A stretch of 64,000 nt of DNA from Candidatus Latescibacterota bacterium (lineage in GTDB: Bacteria; Latescibacterota; UBA2968), in NCBI GenBank assembly GCA_965204375.1, contig OZ241986.1, positions 3,360,001-3,424,000 on the forward strand, in the 5' to 3' direction. The position numbers and the translations under genes are program-made. The notes below the pieces were generated by a model, which was not told where the DNA came from, searched no databases, and saw only the letters and a list, made by a program, of their open reading frames with translations. Positions 49,510 to 58,382 of the stretch are shown in pieces; position 1 is the first letter of the stretch, and the number at the start of each line of letters is the position of its first letter.

Positions 49510-50337
49510 TCACACACTTTCTTCCACGAGTTCTCTGAGAGGCACATCTTGCGCTTGCGGAATATAAAAACTGAGCGGATCGGAGACCACACCCAAGAGT
49601 TGTTTCTGAATGGGATTTGCGCGGGCAACGAGTTCATCGGGCATATTGATATAATCCATAGGCTTGACCCAGCGATACGCATAACCCACAAAAATGGTCT
49701 TGCGCGGAAAACCCGACCAATTTTTGCCAATGCCGTGATACGTGCGCTGTTCAAAAATGAATGCCGAACCCGCCTTGACATTCATATTAATCGCCCCTCT
49801 CGGATGCCCCGTCGCCGGATCAATCGCAGGCCTGCCAAATAGCCGATTGCTTCCGGGCACGAGTTGTGTCGCCCCCGATGCGGGATCGGTCTGGTCGCTG
49901 ATGGCGTACGCAATTTTGAGCAAAATGCGCGGATGGGGTTCGGTCATCTCCCTGGAAGACGAACCGCCATCGCGGTGATACCCACCCTTGCGCTTTACCT
50001 CTTCCGGAGGCTCTGGACCAGACGGCAAAACAATGAGATGCGAGGTAATCATCTGGATATTCCAGTTGAGGATCTGCCACGCCAGAGGAGCCGTGGTCGG
50101 CCAGTCGAGCAACTGAAGAAAAGCATCGTGATGCACAATGCAGTTCCGCAAGTTGAGCTTGCCAGTTTTCTCCAGGCGCCCCTCAGCCTTTTCCCGGTCG
50201 TAAATTTCATCTGCAGCCTCATTAAGCTCGGCGACAACATCGGGCGGCAGCGCGTCTTCGATCATGAGATACCCATTATCCTCAAAAAACTGCCGCTGTT
50301 CATCTGTGAGAACAGCCCAATCGGATTGAACGGTCAT
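49510..50337 (-). CDS. Phytanoyl-CoA dioxygenase (PhyH) family protein
   Basis: FEDNGYL, YHRD (HxD), GATQLVPGSN, RTYHG. Confidence 0.88.
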   Translation of the reverse strand: MTVQSDWAVLTDEQRQFFEDNGYLMIEDALPPDVVAELNEAADEIYDREKAEGRLEKTGKLNLRNCIVHHDAFLQLLDWPTTAPLAWQILNWNIQMITSHLIVLPSGPEPPEEVKRKGGYHRDGGSSSREMTEPHPRILLKIAYAISDQTDPASGATQLVPGSNRLFGRPAIDPATGHPRGAINMNVKAGSAFIFEQRTYHGIGKNWSGFPRKTIFVGYAYRWVKPMDYINMPDELVARANPIQKQLLGVVSDPLSFYIPQAQDVPLRELVEESV

Positions 50338-50507
50338 AGTGGTCGTCTCCTTAAAAATTACAGGTCAAAAATCAGCGTCGTAAGATCAAACTGCGAATAG
50401 ACGAATCAACGAATCAACGAACCCCACCCAACCGCCCAACGTTGTTACAAATTCCGTCGTCAATTCATAAATTTACGACCAGAAAACACGCGAGGCAAGC
50501 CATATTG

Positions 50508-51146
50508 CTATCTATGGTGTATCATACTGCGTATGCCATTTGCCACAACATCGACAGCTACTTGCACATCCCCTTCAAAAGGCACAATCAAATCCGCGTA
50601 ATCTCTCGTCGGCTCAGTATAGACGCGATAATTAGGTATGACATCCCGGCGATACCATGCTACCGCATCTTTCAGTGACATCCCACTCCCTGTATTCCGC
50701 AACATACGCCTGAGCACCCGCTCGTGTGTATCCACATCCAAAAACAGCTTGATATCCAGCAAAGACCGCAGAGCCTCTTGCGAAAAAATCAAATGTCCCT
50801 CCACAATAACCAGCTTCTCAGGCTCAACCTTTTGAGGATCATTCCCCCGCCGAAAAGCGCGCGTACCGGGCGGTGGTATTTCAATCGCCTGCCCCTCGCG
50901 CAGACATTTCACATCCGCGATCAAATGCTCCCACAGCACAGCCCGCGGATGATTCGCCGTCCGCTTAATCTCGCGCTCGTCTTCTGGCAGTGCTGACCAA
51001 TCGCGGAAATAGCTGTCCTGATTGAGCACGACAGGTCCAAAATCTGCGAGCCTATCAGATAGTATATCCGTAAAAGTCGTCTTGCCCGCGGCAGACCCTC
51101 CCGAAATACCGATTATGATGGGTTTAACCCCGTTTTTCTCATTCAT
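50508..51146 (-). CDS. Uridine kinase-like P-loop kinase
   Basis: IIGISGGSAAGKTT, QDSYF, IVEG, RVLRRMLR, EPTRDYADLIVP. Confidence 0.8.
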   Translation of the reverse strand: MNEKNGVKPIIIGISGGSAAGKTTFTDILSDRLADFGPVVLNQDSYFRDWSALPEDEREIKRTANHPRAVLWEHLIADVKCLREGQAIEIPPPGTRAFRRGNDPQKVEPEKLVIVEGHLIFSQEALRSLLDIKLFLDVDTHERVLRRMLRNTGSGMSLKDAVAWYRRDVIPNYRVYTEPTRDYADLIVPFEGDVQVAVDVVANGIRSMIHHR

Positions 51147-51223
51147 TCCATAGCCCTATTGCAAAAAATAGACACATAGCGTATTATAATTTTACAAAAC
51201 ACATCTGACAAGGAAATCCAATA

Positions 51224-53593
51224 ATGGAAGAACTTCATAACGAAGCCGATACGCGAGCCAAGCTGATTGATCCTGCGCTGCATCAAAGAGGTTGGAGTGA
51301 GGACAAAATTAAGCGGGAAGAGACACCAGGTGCAGTTGACGTCGTAGATGGCAAACCGCGCAAACGCTCTCAGGGACGGATCGATTACACCCTTCGTGTC
51401 CGCGTGAACTCGGACACGCAACCAGTAGCTCTGGCATTGATTGAGGCAAAATCTGAGCAATTCTCTCCGGGACATGGCCTTCAACAAGGGAAAGAATATG
51501 CAGCAGCGACCAAAAGACTCAATGTCCAGTTTGTTTTTTCCACCAATGGACATCAGGTTGTTGAATATGACCGCATAACAGGAGAAACCACAGAGCCTTA
51601 TCCACTCTCTAAATTTCCCACACCCGACGACCTGCGCCAACGCTATGAAAATGCTCAAGGCTTCTCTCTGGACGATGACGAGGCCAAACCCCTGCTCGTA
51701 CCCTATCCCGGCGGTGAAGCCACGCGCCGCTATTATCAAGACGCAGCCATTCGCGCCACGTTTGAAAAACTCGCCCAATGTGAAAAAAGCGGCGAAGCCA
51801 AACGCGTCTTGCTATCTCTCGCAACGGGCGCAGGCAAAACATTTATTGCCGTACACCTGCTCAAACGCATCGCCGATGCTGGGCAACTTCGCAAAGCATT
51901 ATTCGTCTGTGACCGGGACGAACTGCGTACTCAGGCACTCGGCGCATTTCAAAATGTATTCGGCGCAGATGCCGCCGCCGTATCCAGCGGCAATCCGCAG
52001 AAAAACGCCCGCATACTCATCGCCACATATCAAACCCTCGATGTAGATACCGAAACAGCAGAAGCAAACTTCCTCACGGCCAACTACCCCGAAAATTACT
52101 TTTCTCACATCATCATCGACGAATGCCACCGATCTGCCTGGGGCAAATGGTCCATGGTCCTGACGCGCAATCCAGAAGCCACCCAAATCGGTCTGACCGC
52201 CACGCCCAGACAACTTAAAACCCGTGAAAATACCCTTGAAATCCAGGCCGACGAACAAATTTCAGCCGACAATATCCGGCACTTTGGCGAGCCAGTTTAC
52301 GAATACGACATCAGCCAGGGCAATGAAGACGGCTACCTCGCAGCCTGTGAAATCCAGCGCGGACTGGTAGATATCGACTATACCGAACTCACCGCCGATG
52401 AAATCTATGCGCTGGGTCCCAAAGACGCCACAACGGGTCAACCGCTCGGAAGAGATGAACTCCCGGAATCCTTCTCCAAAACCGAGTACGAATACCGAAT
52501 ACTATTGCCAGACCGCGTCCGAGAAATGACTCAAGACTTGTTCAATCACCTCGTCGCAACCGGTGGTCCAGAGCAAAAAACCATTATCTTTTGCGTTCGA
52601 GACACCCATGCCGATGAAGTAGCCAACGCAATGAACAATTTGTATGCCCAATGGTGCAACGAAAACAATCGCGACCGCGTGGATCCCTACGCCTTCAAAT
52701 GCACTGCAGCCAGTGGCGGTAGCGATTATGTCGCCGATCTGCGCGGTGCTTCCCGCCATCATTTCATCGCAACAACTGTAGATTTGCTCTCAACCGGCGT
52801 GGATGTGCCTTCCGTCAAAAATATCGTCTTTTTCAAGTACGTGCGTTCCCCAATCGCATTCTATCAAATGGTTGGCCGAGGCACGCGGCTTGACCCCGTG
52901 ACAAACAAACTGATGTTCCGAATCTACGATTACACAAATGCCACGCGATTATTTGGAGAAGACTTCCAATCTCGAATCAAAAGCAAAAGCACAGGCGATG
53001 GGGACAGAGGCGACACCCCAGCACAACCCACCGTACTCGTCGAAGGCCTGGAAGTCCAGGTCACAGATGCGGGGAAATACATCCTATCCGAAGTAGATGG
53101 CAAATCCATGCCCATTACCGTAGAAGAATACAAACAGCGCCTATCCGCTCGGATCGTAGAAGAAATGCCCAATCTGGACGACTTCCGAACCTGCTGGATC
53201 CATCCCCAGAATCGTAGAGCCTTTATGGAGCGTTTACCAGATCAAGGGCGGTCCGCCCAGGTGGTACAATCTCTGGACGACATGACCGACTACGACCTCT
53301 ACGACATCCTGGCCGAACTCGGCTATGGCCTTGTGCCAAAAACCCGAATAAACCGCGCCGACGCATTCTTCTACAAACACGACCAGTGGCTCAACACACT
53401 GCCCACCCCAACCGCTGACACATTAAAAGCACTCACCATGCAATTTGCACGCACAGGCACAGACGGACTGGAAAACCCCCGTGTCTTCGCCACGCCAGAA
53501 GTCACCCAGGCCGGCGGCATCAATGCCCTGGCCCAGATCGGACAGCCTGCGGACTTGCTGATAAAAATAAAGGAAAGGATATTTGCTTTGTGA
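51224..53593 (+). CDS. hsdR: Type I restriction enzyme R subunit (EcoEI-like)
   Basis: NEADTRAKLID, IEAK, RYYQ, ATGAGKT, DECHRS, GLTATP, QMVGRGTR. Confidence 0.93.
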   Translation: MEELHNEADTRAKLIDPALHQRGWSEDKIKREETPGAVDVVDGKPRKRSQGRIDYTLRVRVNSDTQPVALALIEAKSEQFSPGHGLQQGKEYAAATKRLNVQFVFSTNGHQVVEYDRITGETTEPYPLSKFPTPDDLRQRYENAQGFSLDDDEAKPLLVPYPGGEATRRYYQDAAIRATFEKLAQCEKSGEAKRVLLSLATGAGKTFIAVHLLKRIADAGQLRKALFVCDRDELRTQALGAFQNVFGADAAAVSSGNPQKNARILIATYQTLDVDTETAEANFLTANYPENYFSHIIIDECHRSAWGKWSMVLTRNPEATQIGLTATPRQLKTRENTLEIQADEQISADNIRHFGEPVYEYDISQGNEDGYLAACEIQRGLVDIDYTELTADEIYALGPKDATTGQPLGRDELPESFSKTEYEYRILLPDRVREMTQDLFNHLVATGGPEQKTIIFCVRDTHADEVANAMNNLYAQWCNENNRDRVDPYAFKCTAASGGSDYVADLRGASRHHFIATTVDLLSTGVDVPSVKNIVFFKYVRSPIAFYQMVGRGTRLDPVTNKLMFRIYDYTNATRLFGEDFQSRIKSKSTGDGDRGDTPAQPTVLVEGLEVQVTDAGKYILSEVDGKSMPITVEEYKQRLSARIVEEMPNLDDFRTCWIHPQNRRAFMERLPDQGRSAQVVQSLDDMTDYDLYDILAELGYGLVPKTRINRADAFFYKHDQWLNTLPTPTADTLKALTMQFARTGTDGLENPRVFATPEVTQAGGINALAQIGQPADLLIKIKERIFAL

Positions 53594-53646
53594 GGAGGGA
53601 AAATGCGGTTAATTAAAACCTTAAAGGCTTCTGTGCTACTTCTTAC

Positions 53647-53820
53647 TCAAGTAAGTGCCTTGAGAATATGTTTTGCTGTTGATTCTTTAATTTCTCTGTG
53701 ACGAGGGACAGGCATACGCTTATTTGTATTGGTGTTTTCATAAATATCATGCCTTCTCCCATGACGGACGAACAAGCAACCCGCGTCCGTTAATTTTCGT
53801 ATTAAGTCCCGTCTTTTCAT
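53647..53820 (-). CDS. hicA: HicA mRNA interferase toxin (57 aa, below the ORF-track cutoff)
   Basis: Manual translation MKRRDLIRKLTDAGCLFVRHGRRHDIYENTNTNKRMPVPRHREIKESTAKHILKALT*. Confidence 0.88.
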   Translation of the reverse strand: MKRRDLIRKLTDAGCLFVRHGRRHDIYENTNTNKRMPVPRHREIKESTAKHILKALT

Positions 53821-53823
53821 ATT

Positions 53824-54162
53824 CTACATTTCGATCAACAGCTCATCAGTTTTGTGATTTTCAGGAACATCGTCAAGCGAAAGTTCATTATGAACACTGC
53901 CACTGGGGAACGCTTCAGGATCATTAACCTGGTTGTAAATATCAGTCAAGTTTTCTTTTAACTCTTCCAATGTTGCTCCCTGTGTCCAATAATCTGAATA
54001 GTCTGCAAGGAACCCAATAAACCAAGAATCATCAACCCAATAGACATATCGGAAGGATATTACGTTTTTGGAGGCTTGTCCAGATTTCAAGCCTAAAAAG
54101 AATCGTTTAATAAAACTTTGCTTACCTACTGGTGCTGAAGATTTATGATCTGTAATAGGCAT
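53824..54162 (-). CDS. hicB: HicB-family antitoxin with N-terminal extension
   Basis: YVYWVDDSWFIGFLADYSDYWTQGATLEELKENLTDIY; directly upstream of hicA. Confidence 0.8.
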   Translation of the reverse strand: MPITDHKSSAPVGKQSFIKRFFLGLKSGQASKNVISFRYVYWVDDSWFIGFLADYSDYWTQGATLEELKENLTDIYNQVNDPEAFPSGSVHNELSLDDVPENHKTDELLIEM

Positions 54163-54799
54163 GGTTTCTCCTCAAGTAGGGGATGACAATTCCATTTTCT
54201 CCTGCCGTGATAAGACCTTCAAATTTTGCCTGGAATTCAAGATCTTTCTTTATTTCTGCCAAATCCTCACCTTCCCAACCAACAGCCTGAAGAAGAACCT
54301 TCCAATCGGTGTCTCCGTGTGGCGTTTCTGAATGGTGTGATTCGGGCAAAGTGAGAAAATAAGCATCCAATTGTTTATCGGTCTTATATCCAAATTGATC
54401 AAAGATATTCTCGACCAACTCAATCTCAGCACGAGATAGGTCTGCTGTTCCTGGATTTAGTTCAGTTGGTATGGTATAATGTCCCTCATTGGACCTGCAA
54501 AAATAATGATACCAGTAGCTAAGTCCGGGCCTAAACATACTAAGGGCATTTCTTTTCTTCTTCGGAGGGTCGATAAGATCATACGTATGGGCAGGCATGA
54601 GGCCCTCATAAGGGAAATTTTTTGGCGTATCATAGGTTACCGGGAACCCCCATAGCTCCAGTGCTTTTCTGTCAACAAGATAGATCAACTTAAGCAGTTT
54701 GCGTGTACTGAAACTTTTATCACCATTGCACCGTATGAATAAGCGTGTAACTTGAGCAGCTTTCCGTTCTTTAAATTTTGGCATCTTTATGGATGACAT
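54143..54799 (-). CDS. Panacea (DUF4065/SocA-like) domain protein
   Basis: FKERKAAQV...KLLKLIYLVDRKALELWGFPVTYD...LSRAEIELVENIFDQFG; GAGG RBS. Confidence 0.72.
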   Translation of the reverse strand: MSSIKMPKFKERKAAQVTRLFIRCNGDKSFSTRKLLKLIYLVDRKALELWGFPVTYDTPKNFPYEGLMPAHTYDLIDPPKKKRNALSMFRPGLSYWYHYFCRSNEGHYTIPTELNPGTADLSRAEIELVENIFDQFGYKTDKQLDAYFLTLPESHHSETPHGDTDWKVLLQAVGWEGEDLAEIKKDLEFQAKFEGLITAGENGIVIPYLRRNHAYYRS

Positions 54800-54987
54800 A
54801 TAGACCTCCTCTCGCTTGTCTAAAAAATATAAAGCTGTTTTTTAAAATCACAAAACAAAAATAGGAAGTCAATGGCCTGTTGAAAAACGTCCCCGGGAAG
54901 CACTTCCGAAAAGTGCTTTGAAAATTGGGGCTTTGATACTTCTTTTGGTTGACATAAATCCGAAATTGTCTATCGTAAGAAAAGGGT

Positions 54988-55311
54988 ATGAGCACTTTGG
55001 CATCTAAATCACCGACCTCTGTCGTCAATGTTGAAACAGATGAGACACATTTGACCGTCTTTCTGAAGGACGGTCGCCGCATCTCTGTTCCTCTTGAATG
55101 GTATCCCCGGTTGTATTATGGGACAGACAAAGAAAGAAAGGATTGGCGTCTCTTTGGATTTAAAAACCGTGCAATCGCCTGGGATAACCTCGACGAACAT
55201 ATTTCTGTTGAAGGATTGTTAGACGGGCGTCCAAGTAGCGACAGTCCGAAATCAATTCAACGGTGGCTTTCGACAAGGGGTCAAAAGCATGAGAATGAGT
55301 TGACCGTGTGA
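54988..55311 (+). CDS. DUF2442 family protein (putative antitoxin), orphan
   Basis: LTVFLKDGRRISVPLEWYPRL...IAWDNLDEHISVEGLL. Confidence 0.85.
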   Translation: MSTLASKSPTSVVNVETDETHLTVFLKDGRRISVPLEWYPRLYYGTDKERKDWRLFGFKNRAIAWDNLDEHISVEGLLDGRPSSDSPKSIQRWLSTRGQKHENELTV

Positions 55312-55432
55312 CAAGAGGTTGATATTTGTGGTTTGCTTTCTGAGAATAAGTGCCGGAGGCCTCTTAAATGTCAGAAATTACAATTACTTATATTTACTCT
55401 GTGGATAGCGCAATTCAACAAAAGGAGTAAAT

Positions 55433-57700
55433 TTGATGGAAACAATCATGCTTTCGATTGATGAATTCAACAATCAAGTTGAATCTAAAAAAGAGCAGGA
55501 CGGAACGGTGAAGCCTCAAGTTTCTGCCGAGGCAATCACAAAACTCGTTCTCGAAAAGAAATACAATGTCAAAGCTGTTATGAATCCCAGTGATCCGCCT
55601 GATTTGATATTTGAGAAGGATGGAAAGCGTATTGGCGTGGAAGTGACCTGTTTGTATGATCAAATAAAAATTGGCAATGACAAGATTTCAGAAAAGGGGT
55701 TAAAAAAAGAAGTTGAAAGAGATATTGTAAATCGAGTTCATGCCCGTCTTAAACAGGATGATTCTGTTGTTTATCCTGACAAAAAGCGATTCAGAATAAA
55801 TCCCGACATTCATGAGATCAAATTTGGCGAAATTGATTGTCACAAGGATTTCAAAGGGATGAAAGATGAAATCGTTTCTTTATTATATGAGAAGGTGAAA
55901 GAATACTTTGCGGTAAAGGGTTATCTGTCTAATCCTTATGGGTGGTCTTTTCGATTAGTAGCCCGAAAAGGACTTGTAATTCCCTTTGAAATTTATGCTT
56001 CTCCAGGTAAAGAATGTAGCAAGGAAGATATTTTTATCGAATATACCGAGTTCGATTCCGGCGGCGGAACGGGACAATTGATAAGTGACGGCACGTTAGA
56101 ATTTAAGGGACCTATTAAGGAAAAAGCCGAAAAAATAAATGTCAAAAAAGCTGAAGCTGAAACGTGGCCCTATGACGAATTATGGCTTTATATCCAGGAT
56201 AGAAAAGATGAAACAAGAGATAGGTCGGCAGGCTTGTTCTCATTTTTTCTTTCTAAGCCCCGTAATAAAAGAAAAGAACGAGAAAATAGTCTTCGCTGGC
56301 AAAAAGGGTTATCTCAAGAAGAATTGAATCATCCGTTTTCAAAGGTCGTCGTATTCAATAATCTTCCGTCTTCCAATGGTAACGATAAGAGAACAGGCAT
56401 TACAGTGAACGAACTCACTGTTTACAACAAAGAAGTTGACATATTTGATCCGAAAGATTTTTGGAGTGAGGAAAAGTTGCTTGAAATATCTTTCGATGAG
56501 TTGAGAGATATTTTCTCTAAAGAAGAATACAGGGGTGTAAAAGTCCAGGATCATCTTGAAATTATTGGTGATAAGCTCCTATATTTTCTGAAAGGCGACA
56601 AGGCGATAGACACTTATTCTCTAAAAAAAATAAATAAAATCGCAAAGTATATGTTGGCGAGATTAGAAAACCTGGATGATGAAAGCTTCTTTACTAACGA
56701 GAACACAACATTTTGTAATCCTTTTGTTGTGCCATTCTTCGAAACGCCAAATGTTCGCAGGGATACTTGTAGTTTTTTAGTCCACAGCGCAAGTCGTTGG
56801 CAAGAGTTAGAAAAAAATACATCGTCGGGAATTTCAAAGACCGAATATCTGTCTCTATTTTCAGAAGCGATCAAGTCGGGGTCGAAAAATAAGAAAACAG
56901 CTTTGTCCTATTTTTTAGAGAATTTTGGTTTTATACATCATTTTGATGAAACGTGGGCAAAAAAAAACCTGGTGGAATACTTTGGCAAGAAGAATGCACT
57001 ACACGAATTTGCGTGGACTTGCTATCTCGGCGGACGTATGGACGGGAAGTATGTGCCTGAATTTTTGCATGAGAAATTTTTAGACGTAGCGAAGAATCTG
57101 AATGAATACGAAGTGCATTTTCAAGCCAGGTTTCTTCGTTCATTTGTTTTCAATCTTTGCCTTAATTCTAATGTTGATGATCCCGAATTTTGGCTCTCTA
57201 ATCTCTTCCAGCACCAGGATAGTGCAAAAATAAGAAAAGAATTTTGTCAAGAGGTTGAGATATTATTGTTACAAATAAGGAAAGAGGACCAAAAAGATAT
57301 ATTGGAAGATTGTTGGAAGGGCTGGATCAAAAAATACTGGCAAGATAGATTGGCTTCAGGAGATATTGATGATGGTGAGGGAAAAGAGATATTCAACTGG
57401 GTTTTTGCTGTCAAGAACGCCAAAGCGATTTCTTTGGCTTTGCAAATGAAGCCTTATGCGCCAAAGGATATCCTGAGATGGAATCAGTTTGATGACAAAT
57501 TCATTGCCAAGTATCCAAAAGACGTGACGGATTTGTTTTTGAAGGTATGTGAGTCGAACTTTATTCACGAAATGCGTCGTGATTTAGCTTACAACTGGAT
57601 TATCAATGAAGCCCAAGAAATCATTGATCGTCTCCTGACCTACAATCAAGAAAGGGAACAAGAGCTTGGCAAGGTTCGAAAAGAACTCTCAAAAGTCTGA
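55433..57700 (+). CDS. Large hypothetical protein: N-terminal PD-(D/E)xK-like nuclease motif, C-terminal helical DUF4020-like region
   Basis: DPPDLIFEKDGKRIGVEVT; C-terminal AWTCYL and WKGWIKKYWQDR; AAGGAG RBS. Confidence 0.5.
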   Translation: MMETIMLSIDEFNNQVESKKEQDGTVKPQVSAEAITKLVLEKKYNVKAVMNPSDPPDLIFEKDGKRIGVEVTCLYDQIKIGNDKISEKGLKKEVERDIVNRVHARLKQDDSVVYPDKKRFRINPDIHEIKFGEIDCHKDFKGMKDEIVSLLYEKVKEYFAVKGYLSNPYGWSFRLVARKGLVIPFEIYASPGKECSKEDIFIEYTEFDSGGGTGQLISDGTLEFKGPIKEKAEKINVKKAEAETWPYDELWLYIQDRKDETRDRSAGLFSFFLSKPRNKRKERENSLRWQKGLSQEELNHPFSKVVVFNNLPSSNGNDKRTGITVNELTVYNKEVDIFDPKDFWSEEKLLEISFDELRDIFSKEEYRGVKVQDHLEIIGDKLLYFLKGDKAIDTYSLKKINKIAKYMLARLENLDDESFFTNENTTFCNPFVVPFFETPNVRRDTCSFLVHSASRWQELEKNTSSGISKTEYLSLFSEAIKSGSKNKKTALSYFLENFGFIHHFDETWAKKNLVEYFGKKNALHEFAWTCYLGGRMDGKYVPEFLHEKFLDVAKNLNEYEVHFQARFLRSFVFNLCLNSNVDDPEFWLSNLFQHQDSAKIRKEFCQEVEILLLQIRKEDQKDILEDCWKGWIKKYWQDRLASGDIDDGEGKEIFNWVFAVKNAKAISLALQMKPYAPKDILRWNQFDDKFIAKYPKDVTDLFLKVCESNFIHEMRRDLAYNWIINEAQEIIDRLLTYNQEREQELGKVRKELSKV

Positions 57701-58265
57701 TTCTGAAATAATAGACGACTCAGAGGCTTTGTATTACAGAGCGGGAGCTTCTTTCGAGCTTTTTCTTCACGGAATCAAAGCCGCTGTTCCTCATCGGGAA
57801 AAACAACAACAAAAATATATCGGTTTGTTGGATATTACTCATCATCTGATGGGGACTTGTATCGAGCAACATATAAAATCGCTTCTTACTCTCCAGAGAA
57901 TAGACTATCAATACTCCCATGTGTATCAGGACTTATACAAGGAATTGCCTGATGACGTAAAGGCGAAAGTTGAAACGGCTTATCGTGAAACCATAGAAAA
58001 TTACCCATTGGAGAGAGAGACGATAAGCCGAGAGAACTTTAATGAAAGTTTTTCTATCATTGCTGAGGAGCATGATAGGATGTCTCACTTCGAGGACTTA
58101 TTGGAATTTTTGAGTACGGATATTCGCATAGAAACAAAACGATTCTCGCCTTATGATGATGAAAATTATATCAAGGGGGAGTTTTTTCATATCTTTTTTC
58201 CCTATCTCGATCTAATCGTCAAGACGGAAATAGGGGATTTTAAGCAGTTGGTTTTAGAGCCTTAG
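57666..58265 (+). CDS. HEPN-like protein
   Basis: GTCIEQHIKSLL...SHVYQDLYKELP pattern of HEPN helices; overlaps the upstream gene. Confidence 0.5.
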   Translation: MARFEKNSQKSDSEIIDDSEALYYRAGASFELFLHGIKAAVPHREKQQQKYIGLLDITHHLMGTCIEQHIKSLLTLQRIDYQYSHVYQDLYKELPDDVKAKVETAYRETIENYPLERETISRENFNESFSIIAEEHDRMSHFEDLLEFLSTDIRIETKRFSPYDDENYIKGEFFHIFFPYLDLIVKTEIGDFKQLVLEP

Positions 58266-58382
58266 CACGGCTACAAAAGCGTCCAGCATAGCACACAGAC
58301 AGGCAAGTGCCGAGAGCCTCTTAAAAAAACACAGGCTTTCGGCATTATTGTATATAATCCCCAAGGAAAGGATATTTGCAGC

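Larger units (their letters stand above)
53570..58379. mobile_element. 4.8-kb cassette bounded by an exact 17-bp direct repeat of the hsdR 3' end
   Basis: AAGGAAAGGATATTTGC at 53570-53586 and 58363-58379; AT-rich cargo between. Confidence 0.8.

Noticed and set aside
51147-51223. Searched for a duplicate of the tRNA-Glu 3' end (att site) at the left edge of the RM island
   Set aside because: No copy of TGGTGACCCCG seen, so a tRNA-integrated element boundary cannot be defined.
53603-53701. 32-aa hydrophobic plus-strand ORF with a good RBS after hsdR (possible type I toxin)
   Set aside because: Overlaps the convincing hicA on the opposite strand; no independent support.
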